64,000 bases of DNA from an uncultured bacterium (GCA_963825135.1 CAWGRW010000009.1:544001-608000), one strand, 5' to 3'. Shown: positions 50,171 through 61,203, counted from the stretch's first letter. Notes: a model not told the origin generated them from the sequence alone. Translations and numbers: made by a program.

Positions 50171-51502
50171 ATGAGCAATGAAACATTTTTTACGCCCAGA
50201 GAGATAGTCTCTGAGCTCGACAGGTATATAATCGGCCAGAATAAGGCGAAAAGAGCCGTCTCGATCGCGCTTCGCAACCGGTGGAGGAGGCAGCGCGTTT
50301 CCCCCGAGCTGAAAGACGAAATCGCGCCCAAGAACATACTCATGATCGGGCCGACCGGGGTAGGGAAGACGGAGATCGCCAGGCGGCTCGCGAAGCTCGC
50401 ACAGGCCCCTTTCCTGAAGGTCGAGGCGTCCAAATTCACGGAAGTAGGCTACGTCGGCAGGGACGTCGAGTCCATGATAAGGGACCTTACGGACATCGCG
50501 ATAAAAATGATTACGGACGAAGAGAAACAAACGGTCAGGACCAAGGCCGAGGACCTCGCCGAGGAAAGGATGCTCGACCTCCTGCTCCCCACCGGCACCG
50601 CAGAGCAGCCCCCTTCGGATACGGGCGGCGAAACGAGGGAAAAGCTGAGGAAGCTGCTCAGGGAAGGCAGGCTCGACGAGAGGTTCGTCGATATCGAGGT
50701 GACGTCAAAAAATTTCCCCATACAGGTTTTCTCCCCGCAGGGCCTCGAGGAGATGGACGTAAACATATCGGACATGCTCGGGAACCTGTTCCCTAAAAAA
50801 ACGAAGAAGAGAAAAGTGAGGGTCCCCGAAGCGATGGAGGTTCTCATTCAGGAAGAGGCGCAAAAGCTCATCGACATGGACAACGTCGTCAAAATGGCGA
50901 TCGAGCGCGTAGAGCAGTCGGGGATAATATTCATCGACGAGATAGACAAGGTCGCGGGGCGGGAGAGCACCGCCGGGCCCGACGTCTCGAGAGAAGGGGT
51001 TCAGAGGGACCTGCTCCCGATAATCGAAGGCTGTACTGTAAACACTAAACACGGCATGGTGAAGACCGACCACATATTGTTCATTGGCGCGGGAGCCTTC
51101 CACGTATCGAAGCCGTCTGACCTGATCCCGGAGCTCCAGGGCAGGTTCCCGATAAGGGTCGAGCTCGAACCGCTTACGACCGAGGACTTCGTACAGATTC
51201 TTACGCAGCCGAGAAACGCCCTGATAAAGCAATATACGGAGCTCCTCAACACGGAAAAAATAGAGCTCGCGTTCAAGGACGACGCGATACAGGAAATAGC
51301 GGAGACCGCTCAATTAGTCAACGAATCCACCGAGAACATCGGGGCGCGGAGACTGCACACGATAATGGAGAGGATGCTCGACGAAATATCATTCAACGCC
51401 CCCGACATGGCGGAGCAAAAGATAGTGATCGACGCGAAGTACGTGAGGGACAAGATCGCGGATATAGTAAAAGACAGGGACCTGAGCAGATACATCCTGT
51501 AA
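50171..51502 (+). CDS. hslU: ATP-dependent protease ATPase subunit HslU
   Basis: [29 protein letters not shown]-terminal DLSRYIL. Confidence 0.97.
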   Translation: MSNETFFTPREIVSELDRYIIGQNKAKRAVSIALRNRWRRQRVSPELKDEIAPKNILMIGPTGVGKTEIARRLAKLAQAPFLKVEASKFTEVGYVGRDVESMIRDLTDIAIKMITDEEKQTVRTKAEDLAEERMLDLLLPTGTAEQPPSDTGGETREKLRKLLREGRLDERFVDIEVTSKNFPIQVFSPQGLEEMDVNISDMLGNLFPKKTKKRKVRVPEAMEVLIQEEAQKLIDMDNVVKMAIERVEQSGIIFIDEIDKVAGRESTAGPDVSREGVQRDLLPIIEGCTVNTKHGMVKTDHILFIGAGAFHVSKPSDLIPELQGRFPIRVELEPLTTEDFVQILTQPRNALIKQYTELLNTEKIELAFKDDAIQEIAETAQLVNESTENIGARRLHTIMERMLDEISFNAPDMAEQKIVIDAKYVRDKIADIVKDRDLSRYIL

Positions 51503-51594
51503 ACCACACGACTCACAGACAACATTCCGAAAGTGTCCGGACCTGATTCGAGGCGACCCGACAGGAGCCGCAGAACCGGACAATCCCTGACCGG

Positions 51595-52317
51595 CTACGC
51601 TTTGGTTTGCCAGAGCGCCTTTCCTATGAAAAAAGGCCCCAGGCTTTCGAGATACATAGAAGTCTGTTTGGTTTTCCTCATCGATTGGATGAGTATCGAA
51701 AGCGGGTAGAGCTCCTTCCCAAGGACCCCGATCACGAAGTCGTTATCGTTCTTGTCGAGCCCGTGACACGCGAGGCGTATGTCCTTCCCGTAACCCGCAT
51801 CCCCGAACTTAAAGCCGAGCTTCCCGTGCTCCCCCAGGACCGAACGCTGCTCCTCTGCGGAAAGGGTCTCGAACAGCTTGTGCCTCCGGAGCGGGTACCA
51901 TATCGCCCACGGCAGCCCGGGGTCGAGCACCCTTTCCCGCGGCCGGTCGACGAGCACCCTCTCGAGGTCGGGCTCATACCCGAAGGAATAAGTCCTTCCG
52001 AGCATCGTGTATTCAGGCTTCGGCGCAAGCTCCCTGAAGACCGCGCCGCCCAGAAAGTCCCTAAGCCCGCCCACGAAGTAATCGGGGTCCTCGCTCATCG
52101 CCAGAAGGCCAATACCGTATGGGTCGTTTATATCGGCATAGAGGGCGAAATCCATGCCGGACTTTTTCAATTCTTCTATTAGTTTCGTGGTGTTATGGCA
52201 GTTTCCGAAAGCGAGGAGCTGCATGAGCAGCCTCCTGTCCGAGGACAGGACAGTACCGTCCTTAGCCCTCCCCTTCTCGCTTATATCAAGACCCGCGTGC
52301 TCCGTATCGATAGACAT
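51595..52317 (-). CDS. Chlorite-dismutase-family haem protein (probable coprohaem decarboxylase type)
   Basis: WYPLRR, GEHG (proximal His), ACHGLD..DFVI, MRKT, GPFFIG. Confidence 0.8.
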   Translation of the reverse strand: MSIDTEHAGLDISEKGRAKDGTVLSSDRRLLMQLLAFGNCHNTTKLIEELKKSGMDFALYADINDPYGIGLLAMSEDPDYFVGGLRDFLGGAVFRELAPKPEYTMLGRTYSFGYEPDLERVLVDRPRERVLDPGLPWAIWYPLRRHKLFETLSAEEQRSVLGEHGKLGFKFGDAGYGKDIRLACHGLDKNDNDFVIGVLGKELYPLSILIQSMRKTKQTSMYLESLGPFFIGKALWQTKA

Positions 52318-52582
52318 TTCAATACCTCCGAGAGTATAAAATATAACAGGGAAACCCTCTATTGGCGATTCTGAACCTGTATATTCTCCCCTGCCCGAAT
52401 CAGCGGAACCGGCATCGACTCCCGCTCGAACCGGTCACATACGGACCCTCCCGGCGTCTCCCCGGCATTATATTACAGAGACCGCCGCAGGCGATTATGC
52501 GAGCTGGAAAAAGAATTTATTGGAATAAAACCATATTTCTTTTATAATAATCAGCTTTATTTTCAGGCGGAAAAAGAGGGAG

Positions 52583-53464
52583 ATGAAAAACCTAATACAG
52601 AAGGCAAAAACGCTCGTAGAAGCCCTGCCCTACATAAAGGAGTTCTACGGGCAGACGATAGTCATCAAATACGGCGGGAGCATAGGGGACGACGACCTGC
52701 CCAACTTCGCCCGCGACATCGTGCTAATGAAATTCGTGGGCATACACCCCGTAGTGATTCACGGGGGCGGCCCGCAGATCGGGAATCACCTGAAAAAGCT
52801 GGGGATAGAGTCGAAATTCATCGCCGGGCTCAGGGTGACGGACGAGGAAACCATGGAAGTCGCCGAGATGGTCCTCGTGGGGAAGATCAATCAAAAGATA
52901 ATCGAGACCATACATGCCATGGGCGGAAACGCGGTAGGAACCTCGGGCAAGGAAGGGAAGATGATTCTCGCGAGGAAGCTCGACGTTAAGAAGTTCGCGC
53001 TCGAGAACGGGCTCGACATACCGGAAGACGCCGACCTCGGAATGGTCGGAGAGGTCGAGTGCGTGAACCCTCATCTCATAAAGGTGCTCGAGAGCTCGGG
53101 CTTCATACCGATAATCGCGCCTATCGGATTCGACGAGGAAGGGAAGACCTACAATATCAACGCGGACCACGTGGCCGGCAAGGTCGCGGGCGCCCTGAAA
53201 GCCGCCAAGCTCATACTCATGACCAACGTGCCCGGAATCATGGACAAGGAAAAACACCTCCTCTCGAGTATCACCGAATCCCAGGCGAGACAGCTCATCA
53301 GAAAAGAAATCATTTCGAGCGGCATGATACCCAAGGTAATGTGCTCGATCGAAGCGCTTCACGACGGCGTGCAGAAGGTCCACATCATAGACGGGACAAT
53401 CGAGCACTCGCTGATACTCGAAATATTCACCGATGCGGGGATCGGTACGGAGATACTGCTTTGA
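52583..53464 (+). CDS. argB: Acetylglutamate kinase
   Basis: EALPYI, IKYGG, HGGGPQI, GLRVT, NINAD, GMIPK, GIGT. Confidence 0.96.
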   Translation: MKNLIQKAKTLVEALPYIKEFYGQTIVIKYGGSIGDDDLPNFARDIVLMKFVGIHPVVIHGGGPQIGNHLKKLGIESKFIAGLRVTDEETMEVAEMVLVGKINQKIIETIHAMGGNAVGTSGKEGKMILARKLDVKKFALENGLDIPEDADLGMVGEVECVNPHLIKVLESSGFIPIIAPIGFDEEGKTYNINADHVAGKVAGALKAAKLILMTNVPGIMDKEKHLLSSITESQARQLIRKEIISSGMIPKVMCSIEALHDGVQKVHIIDGTIEHSLILEIFTDAGIGTEILL

Positions 53465-54663
53465 AATCCGGAGAGATCATTTCAGACACCTCGCAATACC
53501 TCATGAACACGTACGGCAGGTACCCGATCGTGATGGTCAGGGGGAAAGGCTGCTGGGTTTGGGACGCAGAAGGGAAAAAATACCTCGATTTCGTAACGGG
53601 TATAGCCGTAAACAGCCTCGGGCACTGCCACCCGAGAGTAGTCCGGGCGATCTCCGAGCAGTCGAGGAAGCTCGTCCAGGTGTGCAACCTCTACCACGTG
53701 GAGAAACAGGTCGAGTTCGCGAGGATGCTCGTCGAGAACTCATTCGCCGACAAGGTTTTCTTCTGCAACAGCGGGGCCGAGGCGAACGAAGGGGCGATAA
53801 AGCTCGCCAGGAAATGGGGCGGGGCCAACGGGGGCAGATATAAAATCGTCCACGCCCGGGACTCGTTCCACGGCAGGACTCTCGGCGCCCTGAGCGCGAC
53901 AAACAAAAAGTACCAGAAGGGATTCGAGCCCCTCGTCCCCGGATTCAAATCCGTACCGTTCGGACAGATAGAGCCTCTGGAAAAAGCCCTCGGCGACGAA
54001 AAGGTCTGCGCGGTAATACTCGAGCCGATCCAGGGGGAGAACGGAGTGATACTCCCTTATGAAAATTTTCTAAAGGACGTGAGAAAGCTTTGCAAGCGTA
54101 AAAACGTGCTCCTCATCCTCGACGAGATACAGGTTGGGCTCGGCAGGACCGGGAAGCTCTTCGCTTACGAGCACTACGGGATAAAACCGGACATCATGAC
54201 TCTGGCCAAGGCGCTCGGGGGCGGAATCCCCTGCGGGGCGGTCCTTGCCACAGATGCGGTCGCGAAACACCTTGCCCCGGGCAATCACGGAACGACGCTC
54301 GGCGGAAACCCTCTCGCGATGAGCGCCGGAATAGCGGTGCTTAAAACGATAATGGAGGACGGTCTCCTCGACAACGCGGAGGGGATGGGAGAATATTTCC
54401 TGAGCGGGCTCCGCTCGATTAAGGACGAGTTCGGAGACCTCATCGGGGACGCAAGGGGAAAAGGTCTCATACTCGGCATCGAATTCAAGAGCGCCGATGC
54501 CGCCAGGGACGCGGTCGTGAGGTGCTCGAACCAGGGACTTCTGACCATACTGACCGAGCAGAGGGTCATGAGAATCCTCCCCCCTCTCATCGTGGGCAAA
54601 AAGGAGATCGACCGGGCGCTTAAAATAATCCGCGGGGCGCTTAAAGAGGTTGCCGTTGCCTAG
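53461..54663 (+). CDS. argD: Acetylornithine aminotransferase
   Basis: MNTYGR, GIAVNSLGH, NSGAEANE, FHGRT, EPIQGE, DEIQ, TLAKALGGG. Start set at TTG 53461, overlapping the argB stop. Confidence 0.93.
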   Translation: MKSGEIISDTSQYLMNTYGRYPIVMVRGKGCWVWDAEGKKYLDFVTGIAVNSLGHCHPRVVRAISEQSRKLVQVCNLYHVEKQVEFARMLVENSFADKVFFCNSGAEANEGAIKLARKWGGANGGRYKIVHARDSFHGRTLGALSATNKKYQKGFEPLVPGFKSVPFGQIEPLEKALGDEKVCAVILEPIQGENGVILPYENFLKDVRKLCKRKNVLLILDEIQVGLGRTGKLFAYEHYGIKPDIMTLAKALGGGIPCGAVLATDAVAKHLAPGNHGTTLGGNPLAMSAGIAVLKTIMEDGLLDNAEGMGEYFLSGLRSIKDEFGDLIGDARGKGLILGIEFKSADAARDAVVRCSNQGLLTILTEQRVMRILPPLIVGKKEIDRALKIIRGALKEVAVA

Positions 54664-55570
54664 ACACTTTCTCAGGATATCCGATCTCTCGAAAAAAGAG
54701 CTGGGCTCGCTTTTCAAAAGGGCTTCGAAGCTGAAGGCCGAAAAAAAATCCGGGAGGGTGCGCCCTTCTCTCAAAGGGAAATCGGTCGGGCTCGTTTTCG
54801 AAAAACTCTCGACCAGAACCAGGGTCTCGTTCGAGGTGGCGATAAACGACCTCGGCGCAAACTCGCTCTACCTGAATCCGAACGACCTGCAGCTGGGCAG
54901 GGGGGAAACGATAGCCGACACGGCAAAAATCCTTTCCTCCTACCTGGACGGCGTAATCCTGAGGACCTATGAACAGGAGAGACTCGATGAGTTCGTGAGA
55001 TCGGCCGGCGTGCCGGTGATAAACGCGCTTACGGATCTCGAGCACCCCACGCAAATTGTTTCCGACCTGTTCACTATCAAGGAAATGGGTCTCGATCCCG
55101 GAAAAATGAAACTGGCGTATATCGGCGACGGCAACAATATAGTCAATTCTTTCATCGGGGCGGCCGGCATCCTGGGTTTTAGACTCTCGATCGCGACGCC
55201 CGAGGGGTACGAGCCCGATATGAAGGCGCTCAACGATTCGGGATACCTCAACAAAGCCGACATCGAGATTTCAAACGATCCCGTCAAAGCCGCCTCGCGC
55301 GCGGACGTATTATATACGGACGTCTGGGTCAGCATGGGACAGGAAAAAGATACCGCGAAGAGAAAGAAGATCTTCAAACCTTACCAGATAAACAGAGGGC
55401 TTCTCTCCCACGCTAAAAAAAGTGCGTTCGTAATGCACTGCCTGCCGGCGCACAGGGGAGAGGAAATCACGAACGAAGTAGCGGACGGACCTAACTCGAT
55501 AATATTCGAGCAGGCTGAAAACAAGCTGCACGCAGGCAAAGCCATACTCGAAATGTTCATGAAAGGTTAA
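54650..55570 (+). CDS. argF: Ornithine carbamoyltransferase
   Basis: STRTRVSFE, HPTQ, GDGNN, TDVWVSMG, HCLPAHRG. Confidence 0.96.
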   Translation: MPLPRHFLRISDLSKKELGSLFKRASKLKAEKKSGRVRPSLKGKSVGLVFEKLSTRTRVSFEVAINDLGANSLYLNPNDLQLGRGETIADTAKILSSYLDGVILRTYEQERLDEFVRSAGVPVINALTDLEHPTQIVSDLFTIKEMGLDPGKMKLAYIGDGNNIVNSFIGAAGILGFRLSIATPEGYEPDMKALNDSGYLNKADIEISNDPVKAASRADVLYTDVWVSMGQEKDTAKRKKIFKPYQINRGLLSHAKKSAFVMHCLPAHRGEEITNEVADGPNSIIFEQAENKLHAGKAILEMFMKG

Positions 55571-55625
55571 ACTTCCGAGACACGGCCCCGGCCCTGAGAC
55601 CCTCGTTCCCGCGGGTCAACCGAAA

Positions 55626-55898
55626 CTAATAATCCCCGTCTATATCGATCGTCGGATTGTACTCGATATTGAATATCCTTCTTATCGGGTCCGTATTGAA
55701 CACCCAGTAAGTGCCCTTGACGAATACGCTGGTTATAGCGAGGGGCGGTCTTAACGCCAGGCTCGCCAGCTTGAACGGGTGAAGCGCGTCGCCCGGGCTG
55801 TATTTGTAGTCCGTTATCTGCGGAGCCTGCGCCCAGGAGTTTGATGCGAAAAGCGCGAAACCGAGGAGTAAAGCCGCAAAATATTTCATGTCCATCAC
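55626..55898 (-). CDS. Small exported hypothetical protein
   Basis: Signal peptide MKYFAALLLGFALFASNSWA; GGGG SD. Confidence 0.6.
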   Translation of the reverse strand: MMDMKYFAALLLGFALFASNSWAQAPQITDYKYSPGDALHPFKLASLALRPPLAITSVFVKGTYWVFNTDPIRRIFNIEYNPTIDIDGDY

Positions 55899-56151
55899 CC
55901 CTTTAAAGTAAAGTGTTAACTAATATTGGCAATTATAAGTTCTGTGCCCTGAATAGTCAATGGGCGCAATTCGCGGCTTCCAATCGGTTAAATTGCATAC
56001 TTAAAGCGGGGACTTAGAATGTATCGTTTGTCTAATCCGACCTGCCTCCCGAAAAAGTGATTTTTGCTTGCGGGGGCGTGTATAATATGTTGGTTACTTG
56101 AAAATGAACCGTAAAATTTATAGAATAGTATTTTCCGAGGCCGGATAACCG

Positions 56152-57270
56152 ATGAGAAGAGGAGAAAAGGTCTATTACGTAAAAGATTTCATTCAGACCG
56201 TCCCCCTACCCTCGCCTAAAAAGATATTCAGTGAGCTCGAGAAACTCGGCTACAGGGGCCAGCCGCAGGCCAGGAAAGCCGTATCGCTCGCCTCGTACAG
56301 GCATGTCAAGAGACTAAAGCTCCTCCACTCCAAGGGCACACCGAGGACTAATCTTCCTCCCAGACCGAACACCATATTGATGGGGCCCACGGGCTGCGGC
56401 AAAACATATCTCATCGAGCTTCTCTTCGGAGAGATATTCAAGCTCCCGTTCGTCATCATAGACATGACCAAATTCACGGAGTCGGGATATGTCGGGGATG
56501 ACGTCGTCAATATTCTGGTGCAGCTCGTCTATGCGGCCAACGAGAGCATAGACATCGCCGAGTGCGGCGTTATCGTGCTGGACGAGTTCGATAAGATAGC
56601 GGGCGCCTTCAGCAGCGCCAGGTTCGCCGGACAGGGCACGACTAAAGACGTCTCAGGGTACGGGGTCCAGAGGGAGCTCCTTAAGATCCTCGAAGGCACG
56701 GACGTTCAGATACCGCTCGACTTCGGGTTCTCCAGCCGCGGGCCGCGCGCGCTCATTTCCACGCGGGACATCACGTTCTTCTCCGTCGGGGCATTCTCGG
56801 GAATAAGAAACCTGTTCGAAAGACAGGGGGTCGGATTTATGCAGACGCTCGAGGAAAACAGAGGCGACGAAGAATCGATTGCGTACAACCTCACCGACGA
56901 GGAAGCCGACGACATCACCAAGTTTCATATGTTCGGATTCCTTCCCGAGCTTATTTCGAGGTTCAACCGCATCGTCCCGTTCTCTCCGCTCCAGAGGAGC
57001 ACGCTTAAGGAAATCATCCAGATAAAGGTGCTGAACTATCAGAGGGAGTTCGAGGAAGAGGGGTTCAAGCTCCATATCGAGCCCAAGGTCGTGGACTTTA
57101 TAATCGAGGAAGCGCTCAAGAGACAGACGGGCGCGAGGGGCCTCGACGTCATCATATCGAGATACCTGGAAGAGGTCGCTTTCGAGACGTTCGGAAGGGG
57201 CGACGAAGGCGAGGTCGTGCTTACGCTCGATACGGGCGGGGTTTCGCACGTAGTGAAGAGACGCGCATGA
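56152..57270 (+). CDS. ClpX-like AAA+ ATPase lacking the N-terminal zinc-binding domain
   Basis: GPTGCGKT, GYVG pore loop, DEFDK, DVSG.GVQRELLKILEG, VGF loop, TGARGL. Confidence 0.88.
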   Translation: MRRGEKVYYVKDFIQTVPLPSPKKIFSELEKLGYRGQPQARKAVSLASYRHVKRLKLLHSKGTPRTNLPPRPNTILMGPTGCGKTYLIELLFGEIFKLPFVIIDMTKFTESGYVGDDVVNILVQLVYAANESIDIAECGVIVLDEFDKIAGAFSSARFAGQGTTKDVSGYGVQRELLKILEGTDVQIPLDFGFSSRGPRALISTRDITFFSVGAFSGIRNLFERQGVGFMQTLEENRGDEESIAYNLTDEEADDITKFHMFGFLPELISRFNRIVPFSPLQRSTLKEIIQIKVLNYQREFEEEGFKLHIEPKVVDFIIEEALKRQTGARGLDVIISRYLEEVAFETFGRGDEGEVVLTLDTGGVSHVVKRRA

Positions 57271-58586
57271 GGATTTCGATCGTAAGCTTGGGCTGCTCGA
57301 AAAACCTCGTGGACAGCGAGATCATCACGGGGACGCTGGAGAGCGCCGGACACGAGATCTCGTCCGAAGAAAACGCCGAAGTAATAATCGTAAACACCTG
57401 CGGCTTCATAGGCGACGCGAAGAAGGAATCCGTAGACACCATACTGGAGCTCTCGAAAAGGAAGGAAGAGGGGACATGCCGCAAATTGATCGTCACCGGC
57501 TGCCTCGTCGAGAGGTATGCCGCGGAGCTGAGCCTCGCACTGCCCGAAGTAGACGCATTCTGGGGCACGGGAAACCTGCTTAAGATCAATGAGGCCCTGA
57601 ATGACCTCCAGCCCGAAAAGATACACAGAAACCCTCCGGGGACGCTCTACGACCCGGATACCCCGAGGGTCCTGCTGACGCCCGCGCACTACGCGTACGT
57701 TAAAGTGTCCGAGGGCTGCTCGAGGACCTGCTCGTTCTGCATAATCCCGAAAATGCGGGGCATAATGAAAAGCAGGCCCGTCGAATCCATAGCCGGGGAG
57801 GTCGGCGGGCTGGCCGAAAGGGGGGTGAGGGAGATAAACCTCATAGCCCAGGACATGACGAGCTACGGAAGGGACATAGGGACGAGCCTCGAGGACATGC
57901 TGAGGGCCCTCGTCAAGGTCGACGATATAAAATGGATCAGGATCCATTACTGCTACCCGTGGGGGCTTACGGATTCCCTCATCGGGCTCATAGCGGACGA
58001 AGAGAAGATACTCCCCTACATCGATATGCCGCTTCAGCACATAAGTGACCGGATACTCGGCCTAATGGACAGGAAAACCTCGGCCAAACGGATACGGGAG
58101 ATCATTCACAGGCTGAGAGGCCGTATCGATGACCTGACGCTCCGCACTACCTTCATAGTCGGGTTCCCCGGAGAGACGGAAGAGGAATTCGAAGAGCTCC
58201 TCGATTTCGTCGGGGAAACAGGGTTCGACAGGGCGGGCGCGTTCAAATACTCGCAGGAAGAAGGCACCCCTGCCGGAGTCATGGGGGATCAGGTACCGGA
58301 CGAGGTTAAAGAGGAAAGATACGATAGGCTTATGCAGGTACAGTCCGTAGTCTCGCTCAGGAAGAACGAATCCCTGATAGGCTCGATACACGAAGGTTTC
58401 ATCGAGGGGAGCGAGAACGGAAGTTATATAGCGAGAATCCCGTCGCAGGCCCCCGAAGTGGACGGACATACGTACATCAAAAGAACCGCGGCCTTAAAGA
58501 AGGGAGACATGGTAAGAATTAAAATCACCGACGCCGATATTTACGACCTTTACGGGGAAATAGCCTCTCAACAAACAACCGAATAA
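57267..58586 (+). CDS. rimO: Ribosomal protein S12 methylthiotransferase
   Basis: SLGCSKNLVDSE, NTCGFI, EGCSRTCSFC, APEVDG (TRAM). Confidence 0.95.
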   Translation: MRISIVSLGCSKNLVDSEIITGTLESAGHEISSEENAEVIIVNTCGFIGDAKKESVDTILELSKRKEEGTCRKLIVTGCLVERYAAELSLALPEVDAFWGTGNLLKINEALNDLQPEKIHRNPPGTLYDPDTPRVLLTPAHYAYVKVSEGCSRTCSFCIIPKMRGIMKSRPVESIAGEVGGLAERGVREINLIAQDMTSYGRDIGTSLEDMLRALVKVDDIKWIRIHYCYPWGLTDSLIGLIADEEKILPYIDMPLQHISDRILGLMDRKTSAKRIREIIHRLRGRIDDLTLRTTFIVGFPGETEEEFEELLDFVGETGFDRAGAFKYSQEEGTPAGVMGDQVPDEVKEERYDRLMQVQSVVSLRKNESLIGSIHEGFIEGSENGSYIARIPSQAPEVDGHTYIKRTAALKKGDMVRIKITDADIYDLYGEIASQQTTE

Positions 58587-58589
58587 CCG

Positions 58590-59792
58590 CTACGCAGCAT
58601 CGTTGCGGGAGAACATCTGTCTTATTCCGTATGTTGTCGTCCTCTCGGCCGGTATCCGGCCTATCTCCCATGTGAGGCGCCTGAACTCCTCCGGAGGGAA
58701 GTACTGCCCGTAGCTAGCGCCCGCTGAGCGCGATATCTGCTCCTCCATGAGAGTGCCGCCGAAATCGTTGGCCCCCGCCGTGAGCGAGAACTGCGCGAAT
58801 TCGGGGCCCTGCTTGACCCAGGAGACCTGTATGTTGTTTATCCACCCCCGGAGCATGAGCCTCGACACCCCGTACATCTTTAACTGGTTGAGATCCCCCG
58901 GCCCCTCCTGCACCTTGCCCTTGGAGTGCCTGTAGAGGCGCGTGTTCCAGGGTATGAACCTGAGCGGCACGAACTCCGTGAACCCGCCCGTCTCTTTCTG
59001 GATGTCCCTTAATATTCCTATGTGCTCGGCCCAGTGGTGGGGCTTGTCCACGTGGCCGTACATTATTGTGGAAGTCGTACGCATCCCGGCTTTGTGCGCT
59101 TTCTTGACTATCCTTATCCACGCCTCGGTGGGCATCTTCCGAGGGGCGATTATTTTTCTTACCTCTTCGACAAGTATCTCCGCGGCCGTACCGGGAAACG
59201 TGTTGTGGCCGACGTCTTTAAGCCTGTCGATGAAGTCCTCTTCGCTTATTCCCAATGTTTCCGCGCCGTAATAAATCTCGAACGGGGAAAAAGCGTGAGT
59301 ATGCATTTCGGGGACGGCCCTTTTAACGGCCTTTATAAGCTCTATATAGAAATTCCCGTCTATATCGGGATGCATCCCGCCCTGCATGCAGACCTCCGTA
59401 GCCCCTATATCCCAGGCCTCCTTTACCTTGTCCGCTATCTCGTCCATGGACAGGAAATACGCCCTCTCGTCCCCCTCGGGGGCCATAAAGTTGCAAAATC
59501 CGCAATAGGTGTTGCATATATTCGTAAAGTTGATGTTCCTGTTGACGACGTACGTAACCACGTCGCCCACGTCCTCGCGCCTGATCTCGTCGGCCGCAAT
59601 CGCGAGCGCTGACAGCTCGTCGGGATCGGTGATGTTAAAAAGGTCCTCCGCGTCCCCGACCGAAATCTCCTCGCCGGAGAGCGCCTTATTCAGTATCCTG
59701 CCCGTCGTTCCGTTGACCTTCCCTAAAACGCCGTCGAGCCCAAGGCTCCTGTTCTCTTCAATCCGTTCGACTGCCTCTTTAATATGCTCCAT
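58590..59792 (-). CDS. cofH: FO synthase subunit CofH (radical SAM)
   Basis: VVNRNINFTNICNTYCGFC, EVCMQGG, HAFSP, PGTAAEIL, QVSWVK, NDFGGTLMEE. Start ATG 59792 after GAGGAGG; adjacent to cofG. Confidence 0.9.
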   Translation of the reverse strand: MEHIKEAVERIEENRSLGLDGVLGKVNGTTGRILNKALSGEEISVGDAEDLFNITDPDELSALAIAADEIRREDVGDVVTYVVNRNINFTNICNTYCGFCNFMAPEGDERAYFLSMDEIADKVKEAWDIGATEVCMQGGMHPDIDGNFYIELIKAVKRAVPEMHTHAFSPFEIYYGAETLGISEEDFIDRLKDVGHNTFPGTAAEILVEEVRKIIAPRKMPTEAWIRIVKKAHKAGMRTTSTIMYGHVDKPHHWAEHIGILRDIQKETGGFTEFVPLRFIPWNTRLYRHSKGKVQEGPGDLNQLKMYGVSRLMLRGWINNIQVSWVKQGPEFAQFSLTAGANDFGGTLMEEQISRSAGASYGQYFPPEEFRRLTWEIGRIPAERTTTYGIRQMFSRNDAA

Positions 59793-61059
59793 CGGATGCC
59801 TCCTCAAGCGGAACGTAACCCTGCTCGTCAACAGCACCCCTGACCAGACCGAGCAGATCGTCGTTGATGTATTTACCGTCTATGAATTCCGGATACACGG
59901 GGAGTCTCTCCCTGAGCGTAAAACCTATATCCTCTATAATGTTTCGCATTCTTTCGAGCTTCGGCCACGGGGCTTCGGGGTTTACGTAATCTATCGTGAT
60001 CGGGGAGACGCCGCCCAGGTCGTTGACCCCCGCGTGAACAAACAGGGGATAAGTTTCGGGGTTGAGGTTAGGCGGAATCTGTATGTTCATCCCCTCGCCG
60101 AAGATGAGCCTGGATATGGCCACAATCTTGAGCATATCTATAAAATCGGGCGGAGGGTACTTCTCCATGGTTATTCCCTGTTTGGGACTGAAATTCTGAA
60201 TGATTATTTCCTGGATGTGTCCGAACCTGTCGTTGAGCTCCTTTAAAGCGAAGATGGAGTCTATCCGCTCCTCCCAGGTCTCGCCTATTCCGACGAGTAT
60301 CCCGGAGGTCCATGGAATCCGAAGCTCCCCTGCTATCTCCATCGTCTTCATCCTGTGCGCGGGCACCTTGTCCGGGCATCCATGGTGGGCCTCCCCCTTT
60401 TTCAGGAGCCTCGGGCTGATGTTCTCGAGCATAAGGCCCATGCTAGGGTTCGTTTCCCTGAATGCTTGAAGCTCGTCCCTCGTGGCGAGCCCCAGGTTGG
60501 TATGAGGGAAGATACGCTCCCTTAACCCCGCCTCGCCCATGGCTATAAGATACTCGGCCGTGCTCTTATATCCGAGCCTGCCGAGCGCCTCACGGTATTC
60601 CGGGTAAAGCAGCTCGGGCTTGTCCCCGGTCACGAAGAGGAGCTCCGTACAGCCGAGCTCCGCCCCTTTTCTGGCCATATCTATAACTTCCTCGGGCGCC
60701 ATAAAAAGAGGGCCCTCTCCGGGCTCGTATTTAAAAGTACAGTATCCGCAGCGGTTACGGCAGAGTTGCGTAAGCGGTATGAACACGTTTCTCGAAAATG
60801 TCAGAGTCCTGCCCTTCCCCCTGTCCCTGATCTTCGAAGCCGATAGGAGTATAGACGGTATATCGTCCCTCCCGGCCCCGGACAGTAAAACCGCCTCATC
60901 CCTGCTCGGAGACTCGCCGTTTTCGGCCTTCGAGAGCGTATCTCCGATTTCCCCGGAGCTACCCCCTACAGGCCCGGAGACGCCGCCCAGTATCCCGAAA
61001 AGATAGTCCGCCGCTCCCTTCCCGGCATCAGTATCCGATTTATTATAAAGAGAGGCCAT
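59779..61059 (-). CDS. cofG: FO synthase subunit CofG (radical SAM)
   Basis: TFSRNVFIPLT.LCRNRCGYC, PHTN, SMGLMLE, IQIPPNL, DLGGVSP, DYVNPEAPWP, ERLPVYP. Confidence 0.93.
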   Translation of the reverse strand: MASLYNKSDTDAGKGAADYLFGILGGVSGPVGGSSGEIGDTLSKAENGESPSRDEAVLLSGAGRDDIPSILLSASKIRDRGKGRTLTFSRNVFIPLTQLCRNRCGYCTFKYEPGEGPLFMAPEEVIDMARKGAELGCTELLFVTGDKPELLYPEYREALGRLGYKSTAEYLIAMGEAGLRERIFPHTNLGLATRDELQAFRETNPSMGLMLENISPRLLKKGEAHHGCPDKVPAHRMKTMEIAGELRIPWTSGILVGIGETWEERIDSIFALKELNDRFGHIQEIIIQNFSPKQGITMEKYPPPDFIDMLKIVAISRLIFGEGMNIQIPPNLNPETYPLFVHAGVNDLGGVSPITIDYVNPEAPWPKLERMRNIIEDIGFTLRERLPVYPEFIDGKYINDDLLGLVRGAVDEQGYVPLEEASDGAY

Positions 61060-61203
61060 ATTTCTCCCGATTATATATTCATACCAGATATTTATTTAGA
61101 TTAAAGCCCCGGCGAAACGATGCCGGCAACGGATATCACCCCGGATTGGCCTATTAATCATTGCATAAAGAGGTAAAACTTGTCAAGGAGAACCGGCCGC
61201 GGG

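Noticed and set aside
51595..52317. True chlorite dismutase or perchlorate respiration
   Set aside because: Distal Arg apparently absent, no signal peptide, no pcr genes.
53059..53460. 134-aa N-terminal extension of ArgD in the ORF track
   Set aside because: Overlaps argB in another frame and is non-homologous; TTG 53461 gives a normal-length ArgD.
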